Positions 12,829 to 24,404 of a stretch of DNA of 64,000 nt are shown piece by piece. Within the stretch, counting starts at the first letter, position 1, and each line of letters begins with the position of its first letter. The notes below the pieces were generated by a model that saw only the letters and a program-made list of their open reading frames with translations, had not been told where the DNA came from and did not search any database. The DNA lies in the NCBI RefSeq assembly GCF_036321535.1, contig NC_087436.1, positions 93,994,001-94,058,000 of the forward strand. The letters are read 5' to 3'. A program made the translations under genes and the position numbers. The stretch comes from Camelus dromedarius (Eukaryota).

Positions 12829-13580
12829 TGTCTGTGTATTTTTTTTTTTTCCCGTGGAGCACTGTTTGCATTCTCTCCCAGCTCTTTTTGGTTTTGTTTT
12901 CCCCATGGTCTATGAAGATGGTTTGGGCCTTAAAACTTTTTGACTCTTAAGCAAAGGAGCTGGATAGAGTTTTCCCAGTTCCAGGACAGGGAAGATGCTG
13001 TCCCTGCTTTATGGAGTCCTGCCTGAGAATGGGTCCCCTGTCATACCACCCCATTACATGTCCTGGGAACCACATCTACACACCTCCATACAACACTGCT
13101 TAGAATATACAGTTTAATTATTTTACAACTAAAATCTTACGGATTGTGACAGGCTTTGTGTATTGGTACAGCTTAAAGATCAAGGGAACATTTTTGTCTA
13201 ATGACAACCCTGCTATCTATATGTGGTGTTCACTTAAAATGCACAGAGACTTACATACACACATTTACTTCCATTTTAGGTCCAGGGGGAGGTCTTGAAA
13301 ATCTCCTCTAACCCTTAATTAGACACCAATAAGAAGAGGTTAAGAGGTTGATCTGGACCAGTACCTGAATTCTAAAATGAAGAAACCAAGGCTGGGGGTT
13401 GAGAGAAAGGAGGCCCATTGAAATAGCCAAGCCTAGAACTCAGGTTCCAGGTCCCTTGATGCTAATGGCCTTTTTTCTTCACTCTTCTGTCTCACTGAAA
13501 AATTCATTTGTAGCTTTTCCTCTATATTCACACTACCACCTTCCTAGTCCAGCTTTTATTCCTGAATTATTGCAGTAGCC

Positions 13581-13743
13581 ATGGAAGGAAATAAAAACAA
13601 TCTGGAAGAAATTGCATCAAAATGCTAACTATGGTTGAGTGTGAAAGGCAGAGATCTAGTTTTAATTTTTATATCTGCTTTTCTGTGGTTATACATTTTC
13701 TTTAATAAACAAGTGTTACTTTCCTAAAGGAAAATAAAAAACC
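13581..13743 (+). mobile_element. L1ME-like 3' end inserted in L2
   Basis: atctggaagaaattgcatcaaaatgctaactatggtt..aataaaaaa. Decayed TSD attattgcagtagcc (13566-13580) / attagtggaatagcc (13744-13758), 12/15. Confidence 0.65.
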
Positions 13744-14175
13744 ATTAGTGGAATAGCCTTCTTGCTGGTCTCTGAATGCCTATCTGTTATGCAGTCCTTT
13801 CTGTGGCTCACCATCAGATCTGCCTTCCTAAAACATGTTTGTCTCCACTCATTATCCTGCTTAAACCTTCAGGGGCTCCTATAGCTCTTGAGAAAAAGTC
13901 TAAACTCCTGGAATCCAAAGGTCTGTAATCTAGCTCCACCCTTCTGTGTGCCCTCTGATCTGCACCACGCCCAGCACAATCCTCCCTTCTGGCCCGGCCA
14001 GCATCCTCCTGTCCTGGAACTGGGAAAACCCTATCCAGTTCCTATGCTCATGTTGTTCTCCATACGGAGAGCCCCACACTCTGTCCCTTTCTCTTCATGT
14101 GTCCAAATGTTGCCTGTCTAAGCTCAATCCAAGTACTTCCTTCTCCTGCTCACATATGTCAACTTTTATCTGTGT

Positions 14176-14343
14176 CAGGGATGGCAAATGGGTTCCAGGT
14201 CCAGGCAGTTGAAAATATGTTGCATGGAGGATCCTGAGAGCCCATCCCTGCGCAGAGGGAAAGGGTTCTGGGATCAACTGTAGTTTCTGCCAGAGGCACA
14301 AGAGGGAGAAGTGACAGAATGTCAGTTACATATTTTCCATCCA
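14176..14343 (+). mobile_element. MER117-like hAT-Charlie element
   Basis: TIR cagggatggcaaat ... attttccatcc, with internal ggaggatcctgag..gggaaagggttctgggatcaa..tctgccagaggcacaagagggagaagtg. Confidence 0.75.
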
Positions 14344-14362
14344 GACCGATAAGCATTCTTAG

Positions 14363-14665
14363 ACCTGTGATGTCCAACACAGTAGCCTGTAGCCACATGT
14401 GACTGTTTGAACTAATTAAAATGAAATATAATTAGGAGAATCAAGAAAATGACACAGGTGAACATATTTATAAAACAGAAAGAGACCCACAGACATAGAA
14501 AACAAACTTACGGTTACCAAAGGGGAAAAGGCAGGGGGAGGGATAAATTTGGAATTTGGGATTCGCAGGTACAGGCTACTATATATAAAGTAGATAAACA
14601 ACAAGGTCCTACTGTGTAGCACAGGGAACTATTCAATAGATTGTAATAGCATATAATGAAAAAGA

Positions 14666-14697
<32 letters not shown>

Positions 14698-14885
14698 AAT
14701 TGAATCACTATGCTGTACACCAGAAACTAACACAGCATTCTAAATCAACAATACTTCAATTAAAAAAGAAAAAAGAGTTCACTTCCTTAATTGCACTACC
14801 CACATTTTAAGTGTTCAGCTGACACATGGCCACTGGCCACCATACTGAACAGCAAAGACAGAAAACCCTCTATCAGCACTGTTTT
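14363..14885. mobile_element. MER3/MER33-like hAT-Charlie element split by an L1
   Basis: ctgtgatgtccaacacagtagcctgtagccacatgtgactgtttga (14363-14434) resumes at 14774 as gagttcacttccttaattgcactacccacattttaagtgttcag. Confidence 0.75.
14435..14773 (+). mobile_element. Artiodactyl-type L1 3' UTR, 5'-truncated, with internal (TA)n
   Basis: cagacatagaaaacaaacttacggttaccaaagggg..ataaacaacaaggtcctactgtgtagcacagggaactattcaa..ctgtacaccagaaactaacaca..A tail. Confidence 0.9.
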
Positions 14886-15629
14886 AGCTATATCGTTATA
14901 TAACAATGTAAAACAGAATATATTTGTTTCGTGTGTGTACCTTATTTTCTCAGTGAGATCAAAAGCTTTTTATGGTCAGGACCCTCCCTTATACTCCTTT
15001 TGTATCCCAGAGCATTAAGCCAGGGCTGAGTATGTTGGAAATACTTTATAAGTATTTGTTAAATTGAATTTTTACTACCAATTTGGCAATGTGCTATGAA
15101 GGAGCGTAGTAGACAGAGAACTAATTTGGAAATCAGGAAATCAAGTTTCTGGCCTCAGCTTTTCTGCCAGTTGGTACGGAACTTAGAATATCTCATTTAA
15201 CCGAAGTAGGTCATAGTTTCCTCAGATGTAAACAGTTGTAGACTCTATCGAGGATTCTTCCAGGTTTGGGATTTTGTGGTACATACGAAGTGTTCACTGT
15301 TAAACAGAAGTGCACACGTGCACACACACTGAGAATGAAAACTAACCTGTTAAAAAATATTCTAGCTTATTTAAAATCCCATTTATCTTATTTTCCCAAT
15401 ATATAAAAGTCTGTCATTTGAAGATTTAATTTCCTGCCAGATCTGCAGCTAAATTCTTCTTTGAAAAGGATCATAAGAAAGGGGTGGTGACCCTATAAAT
15501 AGAGGATGCCAGACTTGGGCAAGCGCGGTGGAGAATTAGGTAGCCTTTGTCAGCACGAAGGCAATAGAGCAGCAACCAGACTGCAGAAGCCCCTGTTGAT
15601 ACTGCCCGCCCTTTGCCGCTGCTCTCAGT

Positions 15630-15797
15630 GAGGGATCAGCAAACTATGGCCAGCTCTGCTGCCGGTTTTTATATGTGGCTAAGAATGGTTGTTACACTTT
15701 TAAGGGTTTCCAAAAAAAAAAAAGCAAAAAGAAAGAAAAATATGTAACAGAAGCCATAGGGCCTACAGAGCCAAAAAATACCATCTGGCTTTACACT
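15630..15797 (+). mobile_element. MER58-like hAT-Charlie fragment
   Basis: agggatcagcaaactatggcc..gctaagaatggttgttacacttttaa..gcctacagagccaaaaaataccatctggc. Confidence 0.7.
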
Positions 15798-17489
15798 AAT
15801 GTCCAGTGACCTTCATGTACAGATCCAACCACTTTTCAAGGCAAATCACCTTCTGAAATGTCATAAGGGCCTGTGGCTCAAACACAGTGGGATAAAACTC
15901 CACGTTCTCCATGTGCTGAAGACAAGAAAAGGCAGCGGGCCGATAGGGTGAAGGCCGGGCGGCGTGGCTCCTCCCCTTCATATCTGAGGCAGGCAGGGGC
16001 CTTGACTCTGAGTGTTCTGAGTGCAAAGCCAGGCCTTGGATCTGGTCTGTGCATTCTGGTCCTGACGTTGGAAATTTGATGAGTCACGGTTTCTGGCTGT
16101 GTCCTCCTTGACATTCAGCATTCACCAGAATAAACTCTGAAGGCCTCTTGAAGGGGAAAGCTGCACTCCTTGGTCACCCAAGCTTATCTGAGGAGGGAGC
16201 CCAGGCTTGCATCTCAGTTTGTTATTCTTTTTCTTTTTCCCTCTTGCAGGCACTCCTTTCTGTGCTTGAGGAATCTAGATGGAGTGTGCAGATAGAGGGA
16301 CTGCCCTGCGGAGGTGGACCCAGCCACCAGGGCAGGGCTGGGCCAGTATCTGAAAAAACAGACAGCAGCCCTGCCAGGTGGGCCTGAGGCGAATGGCAAA
16401 ATTGACAGTTTTAGAAGTAATAAATGACTCTTTAACTTCTCCTTCCAGTGCCCCATGGCCAGGTGTCTGGGCCCTTGGGTTTCCCCAAAGCCCCTTTCTA
16501 CGTAGGCCTGATCTCTAGGTTCTCATCAAGTCTTGTTTCTAAACGCACCTCCTTTTAATAATCTAACATTCCAGTTTTGGCATCTTTTCTGATCTACCCT
16601 TTTTTTTTTCTCCTTCCCTGTCCCATTCTCTCCTCCAGGCTAATCCTCAAAGTTCTGTCACCCTTGGTTTCTGTATACACAACTGCCTTTCCTATAATCT
16701 AGTGTGCCTCACAGCTAATAAAAATCCAAATTTACAAAACAAAAAAAGATTTGGAAGGTAAATTTTCCCTTTGTTAAAGTTTTTCCCATGTGAAAGACTA
16801 GTATCTTTCTCTCTCCCCCCTGCCTTCTCCACCCCTTTATATGTTTATCACTTTCTATGTTTCATTACAGCAATTAGTAATTAGGGGAGGGCCCCTAGTT
16901 GGCTGCAAGCAAATTCTCTTTTGTATTTGCAGATCATGAGGCACTGTGAGTGAATATACCCTTGCCCCTATGCTGGAATTATAAAAAGTTTACTTTCCTT
17001 TGTTTGTTTACTGTCGAACCTGCGCTCGTTAAATATATCTAGTGGCCTGGGTCATGATCATACAGAAAACAGAATCTTGGCTCACTTAACAACAGTGGTT
17101 GCATTTGCTTCATTTGGTACAGATTCATTTGGAGAAATTACCAGTTTATTCTCAAGGATGATCCTACCCCAGCACCAAGCTCCCAGCAGCTTCCAATTAA
17201 TAGTAATGAGCTGTGCCTGTGCACCATTGCTCCATTCTGGAATTCCCAGCTTGGAACAATGCAATTGTTATGCCCAGGGAAGCATCCATTAGGAAAGTCT
17301 GCTCCAAGTCAAAATGCTCTGGATAGAATTCCCTGACACACAGCCTTGGTTTTCATCGTTGCCCTGGTGGCAAAACACACAGCTATGAGACAGAGAGAAG
17401 AGAAGCAATAGAAATCGATTTGCTAACATCTGAGATGCAAATACACAGAAAACCCCATCATCTTTGGGATTCTTCATTATTCAGAGTTC

Positions 17490-17695
17490 AGTGTAAACCT
17501 ACTAGTTACAAGCTGAGATTTTGGCATCTGAGTGTTTGAGTTGCATTCTTGCCTTTCACTAGTTAGGTTTACTCAACTAGGGATCTTAATGGTACTTGCT
17601 ACATAGGATTTTGGAGATAATTGAAGAGGTAATGTATGTCAAGAATTTAGTGCTGGCTCTGGTACACAGTAGGTGTTTAATAAATGTTGGTATTA
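17490..17695 (+). mobile_element. MIR SINE
   Basis: MIR 3' motif ggtacttgctacataggattttggaga..ctggtacacagtaggtgtttaataaatgttgg. Confidence 0.65.
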
Positions 17696-17768
17696 GTGTG
17701 TTAGCACATGTGTGAGGGGCATGGTTTACTGCAGTTTCTTAAACTTTTTGGGCTCAGCACATCTTAAC

Positions 17769-17943
17769 AGGTAAATAAAGGACTCTCAATTAGATATAAA
17801 CTTCAGATAAGCAGTAAGTAATTTTTTTAGTATAAGTATATCCCAAATATTTCATAGATACTTATACTAATATATTATTTCTTTTTATCTGAAATTTAAA
17901 TTTAACTGGGAGTCCTGCATTTTTATTTGAATCTGGTAACCCT
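17769..17943. mobile_element. MER53 palindromic hAT MITE nested in Charlie1a
   Basis: Arms ttagtataagtat (17827-17839) / atacttatactaa (17858-17870) and ttcagataa / ttatctgaa; end atctggtaaccct. TSD atcttaac / gtcttcac. Confidence 0.9.
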
Positions 17944-18086
17944 GTCTTCACATTCCTGAAAGTTATTGAGAAACCCAAAGTGCTCTCTTGTTCATGTGCA
18001 TTGTAACTATTTACCACATTAGAAATTCAAACTAAGAAATTTAAAATATTCATTAATTACTTCAAAAATAATAGTAATTTCTAACA

Positions 18087-18362
18087 TTAACTGTATTTCC
18101 AAAAAAAGTAGATGGTTGAGAGCATATTATTTACATTTTTGCAAATCTCTATAATTAGGGGCTTGATAGAAGTCAGCTGTATTATATTTGCTTCTCCCTT
18201 CAATCTGTTGAGATACGTTATTTTTATCGAAATAAATAAAGAGTATTCAACTTCACAAAGATACTTAGTTGGAAAAGGGGGGAGTATTGTAATAGCCTTT
18301 TCAGATAGTTGAGAGCATTCTTCTTTGATATTAAACCCAAACTCTATAAGAGATCGTCTCAT
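18087..18362 (-). pseudogene. Decayed hAT (Charlie/Buster) transposase C-terminal dimerisation-domain remnant
   Basis: EECSQLSEKAITILPPFPTKYLCEVEYS..KITYLNRL..IQLTSIKP resembles the hATC motif (LLPFPTTYLCE.GFS..K..RNRL). Lies inside Charlie1a. Confidence 0.85.
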
Positions 18363-20404
18363 AGAGGTCAGTAGCAGTGTGGAATCTGAAGCCGTACTAA
18401 TGAACTCTTCATACTCTTAAAATTAAAATCCACTGGTTTATTTTATACTTTGAATGGATCTTTCCCTATGCCCGATTCTGTAACATCGTGAATTGGTCAT
18501 TTGGAAAATACCGGTTTCCTGAGTGTTGAAGAGCATCCAAATATCGATGCATTTCATTATGCAATATTTAAAAAATCACATTTGTTAATATCACAACTAA
18601 TCTCATCAGAAAAGCCTTTAATTACTGGCAAGCTGTCATGCTCAATGCAGGTTCTCTAAAATTTTAACTTTTGTTTGAAAGCTCGAATTTTATCATTGGA
18701 AACAAATACTGTTAGTCGTGTTCTTTGAAGTGACAGGCACACTTCATTCATTTTCCAGAAAATGCCAAATACCCAAGTCTGAATAACCATAGTGTATCTG
18801 TCTGTCATTCTTTCAAGTAAAAATAACTTTCTGTGACAGGAGGAGGTATATAGTTCCCTCTGTAGCTCAGTCACACACGTGACTTTCTGTGAGCCTATCA
18901 TCGTAATTTGGTCTGCAGAAAAAGTGCTTTCTGCTTGCTTGCCATTTTATCACATAGAATATTTTTTTAAAAAGATATATACTCAAAAACCGAGATGTAA
19001 TAAAATTAACATTTTCCTAATTTGAGTACATTCTTAAGAAAAATTGTCTCTTTAAAAAATAAATTAAAAAAACTTCAAGTGCCTGGTGGTAAAAAAAAAA
19101 TGCTACAATTATTACTAAGTTTGGTGCCACTGCCTTGTTTTGTGCTGAGGGGCAGTTTTACCCACCATTGCCTTTTCATCATTTGTACAGTTGTCAACAC
19201 AGTGGGAAAAAAGGGCAGAAATGTTAGTATTATGATGAAAATAGTTTTGACCTTGCAGACCTCTGAAAGAGTCCTAGGGTCTCCTAGGGGGTCCAGGGAC
19301 CTCACTTTGAGAACTGCTGGTCTAGTGGCTGATGTCTCTTTCATTGGGACACTGATGTCCCTTTTCACTGAAAGACAGTGCTGGACCATGTAGTCATCAT
19401 GTGTTCCAGTGTCTCCTTCCTTAAGCAGTTTGGGAAAATGCCAGGGGCTCTTGACCTTCCTGAGGGTCTCATTTAGGCTGGGCTGGGTGACCAGCAGTTT
19501 CAGAGGTGCACTTGGGACATTCTCTGAAGTTCTCTTTAAAAAACTGAAGGGGCTTGAGTGACTCAGGGGAGTTCCAAGACCTTGCCAAGATTCTGGGAGA
19601 CGTAGCATCTCCAAATAAAAGATTCACCTCCTGCTCCTTCCTCCTTTCCTATCAGTAGTATCTGGGGAGCTCAAAACCCCTTTCAAAATCTGGAACCATC
19701 TTGCAGGCCAAATATATACTAGATTCAAAGATATCCAAGCTAGAAGTGGGCCCCTAGAGCCGACATCCCCTCTGGAACAGGCCCAGGGTGATGCAGCAGC
19801 ACTTGCCAGAGGTTGATTTTTCTGCCTATCGGAACTCTGCTGTTAAAAATTCCAGGTGCACACCTGCAGCTGGCATACCCTAAACAGTAGCACAGAATTC
19901 AACTTAGAATTGCATGGCTGCAAGCAGGAAAATGCTGGTATAAAACATTTCTTTTGTATGGAAGGCACAGTTCTGTTTGAGGGACACAGAATTGAGTCTC
20001 TGAGCAGCTTGGGATTGAATATAACAGCACAGCAAGTGCTACATATAACCCAGGGAATTTTAACATAGCCTACAGTGTTTAAAGTTAAATATCAAATGTG
20101 TAGCCACAGAAGAAATGAACATAAAGGCCTACATGAAGTAGGGGAATCCATGCCATCTGAATGGTTTTTGTGGTCAAATCGGGGCCCCAATAATAGAGTC
20201 TGCCAATAGGTTTCAAATTTAGCAGGACAGATTGTCTTTGGTATAAAAAGAAAAGACGGACGGAGGTGGTTGGGGAACCCAAGGGAAAGGAGTAAAAGAA
20301 CAGGGCCAAACGGGTTCTCACAGAGCCCAGTAAACATATACAGGTAGCTCTGGATTGGGGCGATAGACACGTAGTCCCTAGAGTGAGCAGGCTGCACTGT
20401 ACCT

Positions 20405-20600
20405 GTGGCAGAAGAGTGTAGCTCAGGCAGAGAGCAAGGATTTGATTGAATCCGCTTGGACTCTCAGTTCCACCCTTTTCAGCTGCGTGCATGCCCTTGG
20501 GCAGACTCTCTGAACCTAGCGCCTTCTCATCTGATTAAATTAAACGAGATTCTATATCAAGTACCTGGTAATTGTGGGCATTTAATAAATGGTGCCTGTT
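20405..20600 (+). mobile_element. MIR SINE fragment
   Basis: cagctgcgtgcatgcccttgggcagactctctgaacctag..tttaataaatgg. Confidence 0.6.
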
Positions 20601-21069
20601 TCGTGGCATGATCTGATGGTTTGATCAAAGTTCAAATGTGTTCCTTCTTAGTAAGCACTGGACACCATACTAAGGGGTGCAGAGGTGGATGCTCCTGTGG
20701 TCTCATACAGACAAATACGCTGGTGCAGGATGACATGGGTGCCCAAGAGAGCCACTAATAAGGAACAACTCCTTTGAAGTGGATAATTCTTCCCCAGTCA
20801 TGCAGGTTTGTCAGTTTGGAGATTTGCTCCTGTTGGGTTTACCTAAAGAAGGGCACGCAGGGACAGTATGAGCCAGGAGGTGGGTTATAGGGGTCAGGTG
20901 AGATAGACCCTAAAATTTAGAGGATCGGTTTGACCATCCGAGAGGAAGGAAGGAAGGAGATGAGCATAGTGCTCTGAAGAATATGCTGCAGTTAGCAGGG
21001 AGACCCAATCCTCAGTGGGGCACTGAAAAGAGGTGCGCTTGAGGGTGGGGAGTTAGGTTGGTCAGCACC

Positions 21070-21260
21070 AGGAGTGACAGCGCCGGGAAACCCCGACCTA
21101 CCAGGAGAGCCGGGCTTCCGACCACGTCTCATCAGCAATCTCCGGGTGACCTTGGGCCAGTTGTTGAATCTTTCTGGATCTCAGTTCTCTCTTCAGGAGA
21201 CTCTGGATGGTAATAACATCTGTCTTCCCTCCCTCACTGGCTTGTTTGATACATCACATA
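21070..21260 (+). mobile_element. MIR SINE fragment
   Basis: gtgaccttgggccagttgttgaatctttctggatctcagtttctc. Confidence 0.7.
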
Positions 21261-21819
21261 AATAATAGGGGAATGAGGGTGGTGAGAATAATTGCTCTCC
21301 ATGTTCCCACCTTCTCTGTCTCCCTCAAGGAAGAGAGGCAGGAAAGGAAGTGGGGGAAGAGAGAGAGAAAATTAGAAAAAAAGAAAGAAAAGCACAGGGA
21401 AAGGGAGGCAGGTAGGTATGTGTGTGAGAGGGCAAGATGAATTCAAGAGGCGAGATGTTGTGAAAGCACAAGGACGGCAGCCTGGACTGGACGGGAGGCC
21501 GGGGAGGCCCCTCACCACATGCCCCGAGGCAGATAACCACGCATGTAGGATACCCACCCAGGACGGATTAGTCAGCCAGGCCCAGGAGAAGCCAAGTTAA
21601 TTGCCCTTAATCATAGCTCTAACCCGAGGCCTCTGTAATATGAGGAAATTGAAAATAAGATAAGACCTATACATATGAACTGCGGGGAGGAAAAAAGTAG
21701 CAACAACCCTTAAAATGTTTTGAAAACGTAAAGAATTGCTCTATGCCATTTTTTTTAGGCTCTCAGATTGGGAGTGCTGTCAGTTAGTTCTTTGAAAAAT
21801 CTTCCCTGGTTCTAGACAT

Positions 21820-21940
21820 TTTTATTTTATAGGTAAGGAAATAGGCTCAGAGAGGTTAAGTGATTTGCTCAAGGTCACACAGCTGATGTGTAAAAAAGCC
21901 ATGATCTCAATTCTGTATTCAATTTTCTTTCCACCCCACT
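21820..21940 (-). mobile_element. MIR SINE core
   Basis: attttataggtaaggaaataggctcagagaggttaagtgatttgctcaaggtcacacagct. Confidence 0.85.
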
Positions 21941-22699
21941 GGACATGTTACAGGTATGAAATACAGAGTATTCATGGGGACTAGGGTAAGGAGTGGGGAC
22001 GCCAGAGTGGGTTTTTTCATTTGCCTAACCTGGCTGTGTGTGTGATTCTAAAGCCAAAGTCAATTCTTCCTTCTCCTCTATACGGACGGCCTTGGTCTCC
22101 TTTTAGGGAGTAGGCTTGAAGGTTGCTGAATAATTCTACACTCTCATTTCTTAGACCAGCCCACTCAGAGCTCCAGGAGCAGGTAGGTCGTACTGGCCGT
22201 CTGAGCTCTGGACTCCAGCAGTCTCTATATGTAGCTTCTGTAAAACCAGGCAGACAATCCCCGGCACCCTCTCTTTATCTTGTTAACCCTGGTGGTACCA
22301 AGAGGCACCTGACATTCTGGGTATGCTAATAATTCGGTGCCAGCAAGTTTCTGTTATCCTCCAGTTGTAATTGTTAACCTGAATGGAATGCAAAACTTCT
22401 GGTTTGGAGCTGAGTTGGTTTTTAACTGTGAATTACTTGAGGGATGTGGAAAATGGGGAGTGCATTTTGTTTACTGTGGAAGATGGTTTATGAAAAATTT
22501 TTTGGAGTTGCATTTGCTCTGAAAAATAGAAATATACTGTATGTGTATAGTTGCTACTGTGTCTGCAGATTCACTGTGAACTCTACCCTTTATTAACTCT
22601 TGCCTTTGACACTTTTTTCATTTTAGCAAGCCAAGACTTGCTTGGGGATTAGAACAAGGAGTTTACCATAATGTTGCCTAAAAAAAAAAACCCACACAA

Positions 22700-23460
22700 A
22701 ACTCGAACGCTTCAGTATCAAGGTTTATTTCTGTGAGCCTTTCCTGCCAACCCACCCCCGCCCCTTGCAAGTTTGGGAATTTTTTTCCCTCTTAAGGGGA
22801 AGTGTGGAAAGAGAGCCTACCTGTTCATTTGCATTATTGCACATCACACGATATCTTTGTGACCATTATATTGTGTTCTCTCAATGGTGTTTGCTCTGAG
22901 GGTGGGACATAAGGCTGTTTAGTGTCTCGTAAAACATTTACCAAAAGCACTGAGCCATGGTTTTGAAGGGCATTCCGTTGCCAGCGTGTGGGAGGAGAGA
23001 GCCAGCAGGGAGAGAGAGCTCCAGGTGTTTGGCAGGTACTTGTTTCATACTTTAGTACTAATTTATACATGTTTAAAATTTCAGATTACAAGTGATTCGG
23101 GTTCCCTTCTGCTGAAAGGGTGGGAATGGTGAGGGGAGGAAGGGGACAGAGGAATTGCTTTGCAAACTCTATTTTTCAGTGGCTCCGTGTCCCCGGATAA
23201 TTGTAATCTTCAGTTTCCATGAAACGTTGTTTTCGGTTTTACTAGAGGGTTGTGTGTGTCATGGAGAAGGAGGTAAAATCTACCTGTGCTTGAGGTTTTC
23301 TCGTGACCTGAATCAGAAGTTAGCGTTTGCTTTAGCAAAGAATTCGGAACCAGGTGCGGTGTTTCTAGGAGGCGACGTGTAACCTTGTGATTTGCGTTTC
23401 ATTATGCCCCGTGACTCGTTCCATTAAAAGTGTTCACTAAACGGAGGCTCTGGTTTCATG
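22700..23460 (+). promoter_or_regulatory. Candidate non-CpG-island promoter/enhancer with possible first-exon donor
   Basis: No recognisable repeats and locally more CpGs. GA-rich leader ending in CAG|gtactt (23035/23036) and TEAD-type CATTCC/GGAATG motifs. Motif-level evidence only. Confidence 0.35.
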
Positions 23461-23659
23461 AAAAAACTTTTAAACTTTCTTCCCTCTTCCACCCACTACC
23501 CCAATTAAAGGTCAGCTTGAAAGACTGCTTCTTACCCTCAAATTTTTGTTTTTAGAGCGCAGTTTTCAGGAATAATTTTATATACTGGTCATACATCATT
23601 TTGGAGAAACTAAAGACTCAATACTTCTTAGGAATACTAAATATCTATAGTCTAGCTTG

Positions 23660-23662
<3 letters not shown>

Positions 23663-23713
<51 letters not shown>
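23663..23713. repeat. (TG)25 microsatellite
   Basis: Direct reading, uninterrupted. Confidence 0.97.
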
Positions 23714-23716
<3 letters not shown>

Positions 23717-23928
23717 AAATATAAGCATATATGATGAAACTAGAGCCTTAGTCAAATGTTTACATTTGTTCAACTGTAACAATGATATCCTGGACACAGA
23801 TACCTGAAACTGTGTTACTAGTGGTGAAAACCAAACAGTAAATAGGAAAATCTAGAAAAAGCGTAGCTCCAAAAGATGTCTGTCATGGCTAGTTCTTGGG
23901 GAAAGGAGTTACAAGGAGTAACAAGGAT

Positions 23929-23994
23929 ATGGAATCTTCAGTCTGTTTACTCTGCCTTATGGTTGGAAACCTACGTTTAAAGCCAGCACTAAAG
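23929..23994 (+). other. Candidate exon 3' portion (ATG to strong donor; would encode MESSVCLLCLMVGNLRLKPALK)
   Basis: ggatATGG Kozak context and 22 open codons ending AAG|gtaaga. Peptide not recognised. Confidence 0.25.
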
Positions 23995-24390
23995 GTAAGA
24001 GGAGAGTGGCAGCTCATTGATTATGAAAGAACGTGATTTGGGTACACTTTTGCCCAGTGACGCTGGCAGTAAGAAGCCGAGAGACTTTCTACTGACAAAT
24101 TCCCAGTCATTGCAAAATGGCTGGAAGAAATGACTGTTTCAAAATCAGAGGAAACTTCCTTCATGGGAAAAACTTCTCTGTGGCTTTGTGTATTTAGGCA
24201 AATGAGACTAGATCTGACAACTGTGGGGGGCCAAATTCATTGATTTCACCCGAGGAATGGCGGATTTTGATTATTTTTATATGCGTGTCAGAAAATTGAG
24301 CTTGGCAACAAATCCTTTCACTACCTGGACCACTGAAAGTTTATGTAACTTGCGACAGTCGGATTAACTTCTTCTTATCTCTCTTTTAAG

Positions 24391-24404
24391 ATTTTGAAAC
24401 AGAG
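24391..24404 (+). other. Candidate 14-nt micro-exon ATTTTGAAACAGAG
   Basis: Branch-like ttaac (24364-24368), pyrimidine tract ttcttcttatctctctttt, AG acceptor and GAG|gtaaga donor. Confidence 0.45.

Larger units (their letters stand above)
13530..15068 (+). mobile_element. L2 LINE interrupted by four younger insertions
   Basis: L2 motifs at 13530-13580, 13744-14160 and the tail at about 14900-15068 (gtatcccagagcattaagccagggctg..gtatttgttaaattgaat). Confidence 0.7.
17732..19319 (-). mobile_element. Charlie1a-like hAT DNA transposon, both ends present
   Basis: Ends cagtttcttaaactttttgg and gacctcactttgagaactgctg. 8-bp TSD gtttactg (17724-17731) / gtctagtg (19320-19327), 6/8. Contains a transposase remnant. 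Confidence 0.9.

Noticed and set aside
19075..19614. Longest ORF (179 aa, minus strand)
   Set aside because: It runs across the Charlie1a terminus into flanking DNA, uses a non-ATG start and has no recognisable domain. Chance ORF.
20085..20492. 135-aa minus-strand ORF
   Set aside because: It starts inside a MIR and has no recognisable domain or exon structure.
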